From Nitrospirota bacterium (GTDB taxonomy: Bacteria > Nitrospirota > UBA9217), in the NCBI GenBank assembly GCA_963818475.1, contig CAWFSF010000006.1, forward strand, positions 1,696,001 through 1,760,000: a DNA stretch of 64,000 bases. The letters run 5' to 3'. A program made the translations under genes and the position numbers. The first letter of the stretch is position 1. Each line of letters begins with the position of its first letter. The notes beneath the pieces are model-generated. The model saw nothing but the letters and a program-made list of their open reading frames with translations. It had not been told where the DNA came from and made no database searches. This document shows, in pieces, positions 29,210 to 41,659 of this stretch.

Positions 29210-30721
29210 CCTCTGCGCGAACGTGTCCACTCCCTGAAGGATTCCGTTGCTGTTCGTGTTATTGTAATTTCGATAATCATACCAGGTGATGATCGCGCCG
29301 CCCCTGCCGTCCGGTATGATCTGCGGCTCGTACTGACTGTATGCGGCAGTGCTGACGGGCACGCCGTCTGTTGTCCATTGCACGGTCCCCGATGCATTTA
29401 CGCGTTGCGCATAGATGTCCCGGATTGCCGAGCCGGCACGGCAGTCTTCCCAGGTTATAATTGCTCCGCCGCTGCCATCTGTTGTCATCTGGGGAGCGGT
29501 CTGGTCAGCGGTAGCAGCAGAAATAATCGTGCCTGCAGATCCCCATTGCACCGTCCCGCTTCCATTGATTCGTTGAGCATAAATGTCACCGCTGCTGCTC
29601 TTCCATCCGACGATTGCGCCGCCAGCCCCGTCAGCCAGGGGATGAGGCACGTACTGATAGGATGCGGCAATTGTAGAGATGCCAATGCCGTTGGTTGTCC
29701 ATTGAGCGGCGCCTGCGCTATCGATCCTTTGCGCATACATGTTCCAGGCGCCGGAGCGGTAGTCCTGCCAGACGATGATCGCGCCGCCCGCATCGTCAGT
29801 GACGATCTCGGGGAAAAGGAATTGCGGATTATTGGAAGCACTTGAGATCGCGACTCCGTTCGCGGTCCACTGCGGTACGCCGTTCCCGTCGATCCTCTGG
29901 GCATAGACCTCATACCGGCTGCCGCTCCGGTAATCATGCCAGACGACGATCGCCCCGCCGGCGCCGTCGGACACGATTTTTGGCTTTTCCTGGCCCCCTC
30001 CGGCAGTGCAGACAGCAACATTCGACGCCCATACCAGAGCACCGCTCGGGCTTATTCTCTGCGCGTAGATATCGGCTGCATTCCCGTTCCGGTAATCTTC
30101 CCACACGACGATAGCCCCGCCATTGCCGTCAGAAACGAGTTGGGGGAAATACTGTCCTCCGGCTGCCGTGGAAAGGGGAACCCCATCGGAATTCCATATT
30201 ATTTTGCCCCGGCTGTTCAAACGCTGAGCGTAGATATTTACCTGGCTGCGGTGGTCATTCCAGACAAGAATGGCGCCGCCAACTCCCTCCGCGATGAGCT
30301 GCGCGTGCAGAGGACTCACATGGTTGCCGGGGATGATGACATTCTGCGGATTCTCCTTATCCCACAGTACGACGAGATGCTTCTCATCGCTGTTCTTATC
30401 CGCTACTGTTGCTTTAATCGCACCGGTCAACGCGTCCTCGGGGACGATAGCTTTTATCTCTGAATCGCTCCAGGACACTATCGAAGCTGCCGCTGCGCCG
30501 CCGACGGTCAACACACTCGTACCCTTGTTATTACCGAATCCGAAGCCTGCTATGGTGATCGTCGCGCCTGCCTTTACCTCCGTCGGCGTAACACCAGTAA
30601 TTAACGGCTGCGATGCTGTTGCTGGCGTAGAAGGATCGGATTTCGAGCAGCCAGATGGCAGGGTAACGACAAACAATGCGAAAATGGTCAAAAACCAACC
30701 TAGCCTTTTTGGTGACATCAT
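29183..30721 (-). CDS. lipoprotein with an IPT/TIG domain and tandem DGxGGAIIxW...IYAQR repeats (likely beta-propeller)
   Basis: LPSGC lipobox-like motif; TITIAGFGFG and IVSWSDSEI; about six repeats of roughly 60 aa. Confidence 0.8.
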   Translation of the reverse strand: MMSPKRLGWFLTIFALFVVTLPSGCSKSDPSTPATASQPLITGVTPTEVKAGATITIAGFGFGNNKGTSVLTVGGAAAASIVSWSDSEIKAIVPEDALTGAIKATVADKNSDEKHLVVLWDKENPQNVIIPGNHVSPLHAQLIAEGVGGAILVWNDHRSQVNIYAQRLNSRGKIIWNSDGVPLSTAAGGQYFPQLVSDGNGGAIVVWEDYRNGNAADIYAQRISPSGALVWASNVAVCTAGGGQEKPKIVSDGAGGAIVVWHDYRSGSRYEVYAQRIDGNGVPQWTANGVAISSASNNPQFLFPEIVTDDAGGAIIVWQDYRSGAWNMYAQRIDSAGAAQWTTNGIGISTIAASYQYVPHPLADGAGGAIVGWKSSSGDIYAQRINGSGTVQWGSAGTIISAATADQTAPQMTTDGSGGAIITWEDCRAGSAIRDIYAQRVNASGTVQWTTDGVPVSTAAYSQYEPQIIPDGRGGAIITWYDYRNYNNTNSNGILQGVDTFAQRLNNDGGIL

Positions 30722-30892
30722 AGTCTCCTTCGAATAAGGTTTACGACAAGCAACAGGCAAAGCACAAACATATTGCTATAACTATATAGAACTCTGATAT
30801 CGATGTAAAGGTATAATTCGAAGTAATGATGCACTATGATTCGCAAACATATATCTAAGGTTTTAGGACAAAACCCTTCAAAGTTTACTGAC

Positions 30893-30919
30893 AAAAAAGG
30901 GCGGCCTCTTGGCCGCCCT
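30893..30919 (-). terminator. intrinsic terminator
   Basis: AGGGCGGCC-TCTT-GGCCGCCCT hairpin with a T-run on the minus strand. Confidence 0.75.
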
Positions 30920-30952
30920 CGGTGTTCGTTGCACTTCAGTTATGACTGGTAA

Positions 30953-31373
30953 TTAATGTCCGCCGACCTTCAACAGGCCGCTTGCTGCAAGCGAAAGCAC
31001 CAGGATCTCGACGATCGCGATAACAACATAGGCGGTATCCTTCTTCCTGATACAGGATGGGCAGAATGACCGCGTAGCACAGAATGGTCAGGCCCGAAAG
31101 CATCGCAATGCCGATAAAATTCAGGTAATCGCCCTTCCCGACCAGCGGCGCCCAGCCCCAGCCGGTCGGCGCGTTGAGCGCCACATTGAAATCATGGACC
31201 CGCATGGTCCAGTATTTCGGCAGGTCATCGATCGGCACAAAGCTCGGGAGCACCCCCGATACATACACAAAGAAGGTTACCACCATGACCGCGAGCCCCA
31301 GCCACATCCCGATATTCAAAACGCTTGCATATGCCATCTGTTCTTCAGATGCTTGGGTTTTTAAGTTCGACAT
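30953..31373 (-). CDS. DUF1634-like membrane protein; frameshift near 31050
   Basis: EQMAYA, PTGWGW and GDYLNFIGIA motifs; usual partner of TauE genes. Confidence 0.75.
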
Positions 31374-31385
31374 TGTATATCCCTC

Positions 31386-32414
31386 CTATTTCCAGATTCC
31401 GAGTCCCTTGAGCAGGGACCTGAGTCCTGCGAAGAGCAGGAGACCGATGACCATCCATTTGATGGCCTTTGGCTTCGACTTGGCGAGGATCTTCACGCCG
31501 ATCATCGAGCCGAGCATGATGCCCACCAGCGACGGCACCACGATCATGGGCAGCACGGCGCCCTGGTTCAGGTAGACCCAGGCGGCCGAGGTGTCGGTGA
31601 TCGAGAGCAGGAACTTGCTCGTTGCCACCGAGATCTTGAGCGGCGCGCCCATCAGCAGGTTCAGCACCGGCACGTTCGCCCATCCGGCGCCGAGGCCGAA
31701 CATGCCTGCCATGATGCCGATCACGACGAACAGGGCCAGGCCCATCGGCGTCTTATGAACATTCCACTCCACATCCTTGCCGAGCGACTCTTCGCGGTAG
31801 ATGCCCATGATCCCGAGGCTCTGCGACAGCGCATCCGGCTTCGGCACCACGGGGAAATCCGATTTCTTGGCCGTTGCCATGATGACCACGATGAACAGGA
31901 TGGTGGCGCCAAGAAGGGTGTTGATCACATTAGCCGAGAGCGCGAGGCCGATCATGGCGCCGACGATCGCGGCTGACGAGGCGATGAGCGCAACGGGAAG
32001 CGCCAGCCGGAGGCTCGCCAGGTTCCTTTTGAGAAGGCCCGGCCCGGCGGCAAGCGCACCCGCAAGCGCCACGAGCAGACCGGCGCCCCTCACAAAGTCG
32101 ATATGGAACGGGAAGAATCCGCCCACGATCGGCACGAACAGCACGCCGCCGCCCACGCCGCCGAGCACCGCCAGGATGCCGAGGATGAACGTGACGATGA
32201 ACAGGGCCAGCGGCCAGATCCACCAGGGTGCGGCCGACTCGGGAACGGCGGAAGCGATCGGCGCGGCAGCATGCGCATCCCCGTGCGCGGTCTCTGTCAC
32301 AGCGGAGACGGCGGCAGGCGCAGCGTCATGCGCTGCAAACGACGCAGTGGCCGTAACAAGCGCAACCGCTACGAGCAACATCATGATTATGATCCTTGAA
32401 TAACGATGTGGCAT
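31386..32414 (-). CDS. TauE/SafE-family (TSUP) sulfite-exporter-like permease
   Basis: GGVGGGVLFVP, GMFGLGAGWANVP and ATSKF motifs. Confidence 0.88.
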   Translation of the reverse strand: MPHRYSRIIIMMLLVAVALVTATASFAAHDAAPAAVSAVTETAHGDAHAAAPIASAVPESAAPWWIWPLALFIVTFILGILAVLGGVGGGVLFVPIVGGFFPFHIDFVRGAGLLVALAGALAAGPGLLKRNLASLRLALPVALIASSAAIVGAMIGLALSANVINTLLGATILFIVVIMATAKKSDFPVVPKPDALSQSLGIMGIYREESLGKDVEWNVHKTPMGLALFVVIGIMAGMFGLGAGWANVPVLNLLMGAPLKISVATSKFLLSITDTSAAWVYLNQGAVLPMIVVPSLVGIMLGSMIGVKILAKSKPKAIKWMVIGLLLFAGLRSLLKGLGIWK

Positions 32415-32676
32415 TTCTTATTATTCCCTCCCTTTAGCTATTTAAATCAATGTACTGAAATATTTTCAGCGGATAAACTATTGCGTTATGCACTCATGGG
32501 GTTTCATTTTGCACGGCTGATCATGTTATTATAATGATGGAGAAGTTGTCAAGAAAAATATACCTCTGCTCGGCGTAATCACCATTAAAACATTCAAGCG
32601 GGCTATAAAAATAGCTTATGGTTGGGGGAAAAAACGAAGTTTTTTTGGGGTTGACAGAGTGGCGAGGCCAGCTTTT

Positions 32677-32753
32677 ACCGCGGAGACGCTGAGACGCCGA
32701 GAAGATCTAATTATTTTAACGTGCCGCTCTCTGCGCCTCCGCGCCTCGGCGGT
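32677..32753. repeat. 9-mer-unit palindrome
   Basis: ACCGCGGAGACGCTGAGACGCCGAG...CTCTGCGCCTCCGCGCCTCGGCGGT. Confidence 0.8.
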
Positions 32754-32766
32754 GAATTCATGGGCG

Positions 32767-35700
32767 CTACACTCGTACTATCCGCTCGAACACAGCCCTC
32801 ACTCCCGCACTAGTCCGTTCGTACTCCTGAAGGAGCTTCCGGCCTGCAGGCATGCCGTCATCGTCGTAACCCATCCGGCGTGCCAGCGGGCGAAGTTTTT
32901 CCGGGTCACGGGCGAGTTCGCTCGTCGCCTGGTTCGTCACGATCCTCATCCTGCTTTCAAGCAGACGCATGAATCGGCATGCCGGCGCCAGAAAACGGTA
33001 ATCCTCAGGCGCAAGGAGCCGCTCCTTATGCAATGCCCGCAGCGCATTCATGGTTCCCGGGACCCTCACCCATGCATGCCGGTTTCCGTGCAAAAGCTGC
33101 AGATACTGCACAAGGAACTCGATATCCACCAGGCCGCCGGCGCCCTGTTTTATATTATAGGCCCCTGCGCTCTCCTTGCCGACCTCTTCTTCCATTCTTT
33201 TGCGCATGCTGCGGATATCTTGTGCCAGCGCCGCCTGATCGACGGTCCGGTAGATCAGGCCGGGCAGGGCGCGGCAGAACTCCCGGCCGACCAGGGGGTC
33301 CCCGGCCACACTTCGCGCGCGAAGCATGGCCTGGCGCTCCCAGGTCTCTACCTGCGCGGCATAATAGCTCCTGACAGCGCTCGATGCTCTGCACCAGCGG
33401 CCCCTTGGACCCCGTCGGCCGGAGCCGCGTGTCCACGCGGAACACAAAACCTTCCCGCGTAAGCGTCGAAAGATAGGCGATCGTCTTTTCTGCGATCTTG
33501 CTGAAGTATTCGAACACGGTCATGCCCGCGGGCGGGGGCGCGGCACGCTCCTCGGAGAAGACAAAGAGGATGTCGAGGTCGGATGCGTAGGTCAGTTCCC
33601 TGCCGCCGAGCTTGCCCACGCCGATCACCGCCAGGCCCGCGGCCGACGCCTCCAGGGCGTACCGTTTCGCCGATCTCCGCCGCGGCAAGCGCAAGCGCTG
33701 ACGAGAGGCATGCTTCCGCCAGCTTCGAAAGATCGCGGCAGACCACGGCCTGATCTGCATCGGCAAGCAGGTCGGCCATGCCGAGCCGGATCTCTTCATG
33801 GTGTTTGAACCGGCGAAGCGCATCGAGCTTTTCCGTGATGCCCGGGGCCTTGTCCAGAGCGTCGCCAGTTCCTGCGAGAACACCCGGGCGGTGCCGGTCC
33901 CGAAGGCTTTGCGCGACTCAAGCAGGTTCTCGACCAAGAACAGGCCTGCTGATGAGCATGCGCGACAGATACTCGCTGTTGGCGAAGACCGCAATGAGCG
34001 TCTTGACCACGTCGGGATCGAGCTTCACCAGCGATTGAAAGGATTCCCAGGAGCCCTGCGCCGCCAGAAAGGACTCGAGATGGTTCAGGGCCATGTCCGG
34101 GTCGGGCGAGGAGACGATCTCCTGGAACAGCGCGGGGAATATATCGTTGAACAGCTTGCGGCTCCGCGGCGTCTGGTGGACAAAGGCCGGCCCTTCGCGC
34201 AGCATCAGCAGGTTGCGGTATGCCTTGCCCGGGTCGCGGAACCCGAACCGTGCAAAGGCGGCGACGGCTTCCTGCTCCGTGATCGACGCATCGAGCAGCA
34301 GGTCATAATCACTGCGATCGCCGACTGCGGCGGCACTGTCCTCGCCGGTGAACGCAAAGAGATCGTCATAGATGCTCCTGACCTTGTGCGTATGGTCGGC
34401 ATAGTCCTGGAGCAGCTGCTCCGCCTCTGTCCGGGCTCCAGATACCCCGAGCGCCGCGCCAGGGCGCGCAGTTCCCGGTCGTCCAGCGGCATGGTCTGCG
34501 TCTGCAGGTCGTCAAGGATCTGGATGCGGTGCTCGACGGTCCGGAGGAACACATAGGCCCGCGACAGGTCTGCCTGCTCCTGATAGGTGATCAGCCCCTT
34601 CTGGGCGAGCAGGTGCAGCGCCTTGAGCGCGTTCTTTTCCCGCAAGGACCGGTCCCTGCCGGCATAGATGAGCTGCAGCGCCTGGACCACGAACTCGATC
34701 TCGCGGATGCCGCCGTACCCCAGCTTCACGTCGCGGTGCGTCCTGCCTTTTTGCTCCACGTCCTTGTTGATCTTCTGCTTCATGTCGCGGATCTCGGCAA
34801 TGGCGCTGTAGTCGAGGTACTTGCGGTACACGAAGGGCGTGATCCGCTCGACGAACTCCCTGCCCAGCGCTTCATCGCCGGCCACGGGCCGCGCCTTGAT
34901 CAGCGCCGAACGCTCCCAGGTCTGGCCCCAGGACTCGTAGTAGATCTCGTAGCCGCCCAGGCTCTGCGCCAGCGGACCGCGCTGCCCCTCGGGCCGAAGC
35001 CGCAGGTCGACGCGGAACACGAACCCGTCTTCGGTCTTTTCGCCGATGGCCGCGCTCAGTTTCTCGGCAAGCTTGATGAAATACTGGTGGTTCGTGATCC
35101 TGTTCGCTGCAGCGCCGTCCGCCGACGCTGTCCCCTCGGTCTCGCCGTCCGCTGAATAGACGTACATGAGGTCCACATCGGAGCTGAAATTCAGTTCCCG
35201 GCCGCCGAGCTTGCCCATGGCAATGACGGCAAAACCGGCAGGCTGCACCGTCCCGTCCTCGCTGCGACGACCGGCCGGCCATAGCGCTTCCGCAGCTCAC
35301 CATCTGCCCATTCGTAGGCCTTCTGCAGACAGACCTCGGCAAGGTCCGACAGTTCGTTCACCGTCTCCTGGAGGTCGGCCTTGCCGAGCAGGTCGCGCAG
35401 GCCGATGCGGAGCATCTCCTGCTTTCGGAAGAGCCGCAGGACGCGGAACACGTCCTTGTCGGTCCCGGTGTCATGCAACAGATCGTCCAGCCGCGCGGCA
35501 AGAGCAGACGCGCCTGCCGGATGGGCAAGAAATTCGGCATTGGCAAGGAGTGCGAGCCCTTGTTCCTGGTATGCAATGAGAAAGGTCGAGAGAAAGCGGC
35601 TCGCGCCGAAGACCGTCAGGAGTGACACGAGCAGGGCTGGATTGGCGCGGAGAAGTGATACAAACGCCGGGACATCGTCAAGGCCGCTGACGAACCGTTC

Positions 35701-35853
35701 GAAGTTATTGAGTGCCATGTCCGGGTCAGCAGTACGGGAAAGGACGGGAAAGAAGAGCGGCAGGACCTCGCTGCAGACGCCTTCGCCGAGACCGGTCCGG
35801 AGATACTCAAGGTTCTTCAGCGCCTGCGCTAGGTCCTCTATCCCGAAGCGCAC
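32767..35853 (-). CDS. glnE: bifunctional glutamine synthetase adenylyltransferase/deadenylase; several frameshifts
   Basis: Two nucleotidyltransferase domains (MGKLGGRELNFSSDVDL, VGKLGGRELTYASDLD), RVDLRLRPEG, GGIREIEF and GGLVDIEF across frames. Confidence 0.92.
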
Positions 35854-35985
35854 GCAATTGCTTCCTGCGAAGGCGTTATATAATTGTAAAATGACATTTT
35901 TTATATTATACTGACAAGCATTGAAAGATACAACGTGGAAAAAATCACGCCTTGCAGGCTCTTTGTACAAACATACTTTCAAGAT

Positions 35986-36381
35986 ATGAAGGAATTACGC
36001 GACAACGAACGCTGCTACGTCTGCGGCACAAAGAATCCCGAAGGACTCGGCGTTCATTTCGAAATCGACCATAAGGCACGATCCATAAGCGCACGCTTCA
36101 CTCCCCGAAACGCGCATCAAGGCTTTGAGGGCATTGTCCACGGCGGCATCCTTTCGGCGCTATTGGACGAGGCCATGGCCAAACTCTCCGTCGCGCTCGG
36201 CATCCCGGCCGTGACCGCTGAGATGACCGTGAAGTTCAAAGCCTCGGCTGCTCCGGGAGAAGAGCTCATGATCACCGGCAGGCTGGTGGAAGAAACGCGG
36301 CGGCTGGTCCGGGCGGAAGCAGCGATAGGGCGGGGCCCGGTGATCGTGGCCGAAGCAAAAGGAAAACTGATACGAATATGA
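35986..36381 (+). CDS. PaaI-family thioesterase
   Basis: CYVCG..NPEGL and HGGILSALLDE motifs. Confidence 0.88.
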   Translation: MKELRDNERCYVCGTKNPEGLGVHFEIDHKARSISARFTPRNAHQGFEGIVHGGILSALLDEAMAKLSVALGIPAVTAEMTVKFKASAAPGEELMITGRLVEETRRLVRAEAAIGRGPVIVAEAKGKLIRI

Positions 36382-38534
36382 AATACACCAATAAACAGAT
36401 CATCGAGATCATGCAGGCCAAAGGCGGCAAACCGCTGCTCGTCCGCGAGTTGATGCGGCTCCTGCGGCTCAAACCCGAGGACCGCCACGACTTCAAACAG
36501 ACCCTGACGATGCTGGCGCAAAAGGGCGAAATTATCAAAACACGCGGCAACCGCTACGGCCTGCCGGAAAAGATGGACCTCGTTACCGGCAGATTCCAGG
36601 CCCACCCGTCCGGGCTACGGCTTCGTGATCCCTGAAAAAAAGGGCGATCCCGATGTATTCGTATCCATTGCGAGCCGGCTCGATGCCATGGACGGCGACA
36701 CAGTCGTGGTGCGCGTGTCCCCTCCTGCGGGCAGACGGAAGCAGACGGGCAAGCGCGAGGGGGCGATCGTCCGCATCGTCGAGCGCGCCCAGACCAAGAT
36801 CGTCGGCACCTATGTGCTGCAGGAAGACCGCCCCGGCGGCTTCGGTTTTGTGGAGTCGTCCAATCCGAGGATCACGCAGAACATCGTGATCAGCCGCGAG
36901 CACGCCGGCGGCGCACGCCCCGGCGATATCGTGTCCGCCGAGATCATCGCCTATCCCCTGCGCAACAGGCCGCCTGAAGGCAAGATCATCAGGATCATCG
37001 GCAAGCCGGGCCAGCCCGGCATCGATTCCGAGCTCATCATCGAGCAGTACGAGCTTCCGGTCCAGTTCTCTCCCGCTGTGCTGCGAGAGGCCGACAGCAT
37101 TGCCGCAGCAGGTGACGCCTGCCATGCGCAAGGACCGGCAGGACCTCCGCGAACTGACGACCGTAACGATCGACGGAGAAAAAGCGCGGGACTTCGACGA
37201 CGCCATCTCGATCCAGAGGATCAAGACGGGCTACCGCCTCTGGGTGCATATCGCCGACGTGGCGCACTACGTGGTCGAAGGCACGCTCCTGGACCAGGAG
37301 GCCTATCAGCGCGGCACCAGCGTGTACCTCCCGGACCGCGCCATCCCCATGCTCCCCACTGCGCTTTCGAACGGCATCTGCAGCCTCAACCCGGCAGTGG
37401 ACCGGCTGACGCTCACCTGCGAGATGGACATCTCGCCCGCAGGGCGAGATTCTGAAGTACGACATCTACGAAAGCGTCATCAACAGCAACGAACGCATGA
37501 CCTATACCGCCGTGCGGGAGATCCTGGTCGACAGGACCCGGCCCAGCGGAAGCGCTACGCGCCGATCCTGAAGGAATTCGAGCTCATGGAAGAGCTCATG
37601 CAGGTCCTCAAGGCAAAACGGTCGAAGCGCGGCAGCATCGACTTCGACCTGCCCGGAGCCCGAGATCGTCCTCGACCTCCAGGGACGCATGACGGACGAT
37701 CATCAGGGCGGAACGGAACATGGCGCACCAGATCGTCGAGGAGTTCATGCTCGCGGCGAACGAGACCGTGGCGTCCCATGTCGAGAACAGATGGAGAAGC
37801 CGTTCATCTATCGCATCCACGAGGAGCCGGCCGAGGAAAAGGTGACAGGACCTGGTCGACTTCCTCGCCACGCTCGGCATCACGCCTGCCCGACGGCCAA
37901 GAAGATCAAGCCGCTCCATCTGCAGAAGGCGCTGGCCAAGGCCAAGGGCACGCCGGAGGAAATGCTGATCAACACCGTGCTGCTCAGGACCATGAAGCAG
38001 GCCCGCTATTCCACCGAGAACGTGGGCCACTTCGGCCTCGCCGCCGAGAGCTATACCCACTTCACCTCTCCCATCAGGCGCTATCCCGACCTGATCGTCC
38101 ACCGCATCCTGAAGGCGGCAACATCGGGGCCTGCTGAAGAAAGAGGCCTACACGAAACATCTCGCAGCAGACCCTGCCCGAAGCCGCGACCCACTGTTCG
38201 CTGCGGGAGCGCACGGCCATGGAGGCCGAACGCGACGTGATCACCATGCTCAAGCTGCAGTTCATGACGGACAAGCTGGGCGAGATCTACGACGGCATCA
38301 TCACCGGCGTGGCGCAGTTCGGCTTCTTCGTGCAGCTGCAGGAGCTGTTCGTCGAAGGGCTGGTCCACATTTCTGCGCTCGACCGATGACTACTATCATT
38401 ATCATCGAGAAGCTCCACTGCTTGCGCGGCGAGCAACGCAAGAAGGTCTACCGCATCGGCGACACGGTGCGCGTGCGCGTTGACCGCGTGGACACCGGTC
38501 CGGAAAAAGATCGATTTTTCGCTGGCCGACCTAG
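36378..38534 (+). CDS. rnr: ribonuclease R; several frameshifts
   Basis: TIDGEKARDFDDA, VHIADVAHYV, RGTSVY, YTHFTSPIRRYPDL and a C-terminal S1 domain. Confidence 0.92.
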
Positions 38535-38576
38535 GTTCGCCGCTCCTGTGGTTTCATTTTTCTCGAAGAGCAGTTG

Positions 38577-38704
38577 AGCCACAAAATACACAGAAATCAC
38601 ATAAACAGCAAGTACCTGTGTCTGTGAAACATCCCTAATTTGGTGATCACTGCATTTGTTTCAATTCTTGCTTTAACTATGAGCATTATGTGCTTTTTGT
38701 GGCT
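38577..38704. repeat. 9-mer-type palindrome (degenerate)
   Basis: AGCCACAAAATACACAG...TGTGCTTTTTGTGGCT. Confidence 0.6.
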
Positions 38705-38800
38705 AACTGCCGTTTAGTAGGTTCACCTTTTCTCTGCGCCTCTGCGAAAACGACCTGCCACATCCTTCCCTAATCACCGTTGGCCCACCCTTCCACAAAT

Positions 38801-38834
38801 AAAAAGACCCTGCGTTCAATGAACGAAGGGTCTT
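38801..38834 (-). terminator. intrinsic terminator
   Basis: AAGACCCT..CGTTCA/TGAACG..AGGGTCTT hairpin with a T-run on the minus strand. Confidence 0.6.
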
Positions 38835-38859
38835 GGATGGTCTTCTTCAGTAAGCTCGT

Positions 38860-39892
38860 TTACAGCTTGATCGTGGCTTCCCGGTCGCGCAAGTTCAATC
38901 CACTGGTGTACACAGCCGCATTCTCCGGCGCTTCGGGATCATACATCCTGGCAAAAGGATCGGAGATCGAGGAGCTCTTTGGCACGGTTCACCGTGGCCG
39001 TGTCGTCGAGGCCGATATTCTTGAGGGAGATGCCGTCCCGCGGTGACCGAGAAGGACCGGAATGCGCAGGGATAGGTCACGATCGCGGGGTCGGACACAT
39101 AGGTGATCTTGCCGACGGTCTCGACCTTCGATACGTGGTGATGGCCGGAAACCACGAGGCGCACATTCGGATACTCGCTCAGGAGATCATTCACCTCGAG
39201 GCTGTTCTTGACCATCCAGAGCGACCATCCGCCGCGTTTTGTCCTGCGCCGTGGTCGGCAGCAGCAGCTGGTGCGTGAAGACCATGATGAGTTTCTTGTC
39301 CTTGTTCGCCTTCAGCTCATTCTCCAGCCACTTGAGCTCGGTCGGGCTCGCCTCTCCGTGCGGCTTTGCCGTCTACCGTCACATCGAAACCGATGACCCG
39401 CACGTCTCTTGACCGGATCGAAGGCCCAGGAGGAATGGCCCGGCCGCAGCCCCTTGCCGGTCCAGGCCTTGAGATAATCCTCCTTGCTCAGTTTGGACAC
39501 ACCGTTGACCGGCGACACCTCGGTATTGCCGAGCAGGATGTAGATACGGCATGTTCAGATGGGCCGTCCATTTCTGGAACACGTCGAGCGATTCCTTGTC
39601 GTTCGGGCCGTAGTGGATCTGGTCTCCTCCGAACACCACGAAGTTCAGTTTCGGCAGCCGGTCCGAGCTGGCGCAGCGCATCGATGAACAGGGGAACGCT
39701 CTTCTCGCGGTACTGCCAGGTGCTCTCGCCCTTCACGTCGAGGTGCAGGTCGGTAATGTGGGCAAAGGAGAACTTCGGTATTTCGATCGCCTCGGCAAAG
39801 GGCACGAACAATCGCCTGCTGATGCCCAATGCGCTCACTGCGGCGCTGCCGGCCGCCAGGCCCTTCAAAAAATTACGTCTGTTCATCACCAT
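38860..39892 (-). CDS. Tat-exported calcineurin-like metallophosphoesterase; frameshifts
   Basis: NRRNFLK Tat signal; DLH, GGD, GN and SGHHH motifs across frames. Confidence 0.82.
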
Positions 39893-40079
39893 TCCATCCC
39901 CTTTTCTGAGTCTCGTCCGTGATCTCGAACACGCGGAACATCTGCTCGTGTAAAGTTGACATATTCCCGGATGAACTGTCAAGGGCAAAAAATTGGGCAA
40001 GCGCTCAGAACAATCAATCGGTCATGCACGGCATCTGCCGTGTTGATATTTCCCTTGCTATCTATGCTATGTTACACCC

Positions 40080-41497
40080 ATGAAGGAACTGCTCAGAAAA
40101 CTTCCGTCCGTGGACGATATCCTGAAGGAAACCAGGACCCAGCACTGGCTTGAGGCCCACCCCCGCGTTCTGGTGCTCGATGCGATCCGGTCGGCCCTGG
40201 ACCGACCAGGCGCAGGGCGATCCTGGAGCCGTCGGCACAGGCCGCTTCACTCGATGAGCGGATGCTCTCCCTGCCAGCGATCCTGGATCTGGCCGGCAGC
40301 CCTCCTGGCCGAACTCTCCGAACCGAGCCTTCAGCCGCGTCATCAATGCCACCGGCGTGGTCGTGCATACGAACCTCGGCACGTTCGATCCTGTCGGAAA
40401 AGGCGATCGAGCGCGTTGCCGAGGCCGCCCGGCAGCTACTCGAACCTCGAATACGACATCGCCGCAGGCGAGCGCGGCAAACGACACGTCCATGTCGAAG
40501 GCATCCTGACGCGGCTCACCGGCGTCGAGGCCGCCACGGCCGTGAACAACAATGCGGCCGCCGTCCTGCTCTGCCTGAACACCCTTGCCCGCGGCAAGGA
40601 AGTGATCGTTTCGCGCGGCGAACTCGTCGAGATCGGCGGCTCCTTCCGCGTGCCCGACGTGATGGAACGGAGCGGGGCCAAGCTGCGCGAGGTCGGCACG
40701 ACGAACAAGACCCATCTCAAGGACTACGAGAAGGCGATCAACGAGAACACGGGCCTGCTGCTCAAGGTCCATACGAGCAATTACAAGATCGTGGGCTTCA
40801 CCAAGGAAGTCGAGCCCGACGAGCTTGCGCAGCTCGGCAAAAAATACAACCTGCCGGTCATGTGGGACCTCGGCAGCGGCAGCTTCATCGATCTCGCTGC
40901 CTACGGCGCAGGCGGCGAACCCACGGTGCAGCAGGCCGTTGATTCCGGCGTGGACGTGCTCACCTTCAGCGGCGACAAGCTTCTGGGCGGGCCGCAGGCA
41001 GGCATGATCCTCGGCAGGACAGACGTAGCTCGACCCCATCCGGTCCAATCCCCTTGCCCGCGCTCTCCGGATCGACAAGCTTACCCTGGCCGCGCTCGAC
41101 GCCACGCTTCGCCAGTATCTGGACTGCGACAAGGCCGTGCGCGACATCCCCACGCTCTGGATGCTGACCCAGCCGCTCTCCGAGATCGAGCGCAAGGCGG
41201 AGCTGCTGTCATCGGGCTCGAAGGATCGATGATCCCGGCCTGTCCGTCGCTGATGCAGGACGACACGTCACAGAGCGGCGGCGGCGCGCTGCCCACTGGG
41301 CAATTTCCCGACCAGGACCGTCTGCATCCGCCATGACCGTATGAGCGCCAACCAGATCGAATCCGCGCCTCCGGCTGGGCAAACCGCACATCATCACCCG
41401 GATCAAGGAAGGCATGGTCCTCTTCGATCCGCGGACGCTGAACGACGATGAGATCGGAAAGATCGTGGAAGCGGTGAAAAAGCTGCTCACCTCGTAA
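40080..41497 (+). CDS. selA: L-seryl-tRNA(Sec) selenium transferase; frameshifts
   Basis: [34 protein letters not shown] and [13 protein letters not shown] motifs. Confidence 0.95.
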
Positions 41498-41659
41498 CAA
41501 GGTCAGAAATCAGGAATACGTCCAGTTTGACACTGATCAACACTGAACAAGTACGATTAGTCGTGACCAAATGATTTATTGCTGGAATCTGATGTAAACC
41601 GGTGCATAGCCGTTGATTTATCCTCCGTGACTCCGTATCTCGTACTCGACACTGACCCT

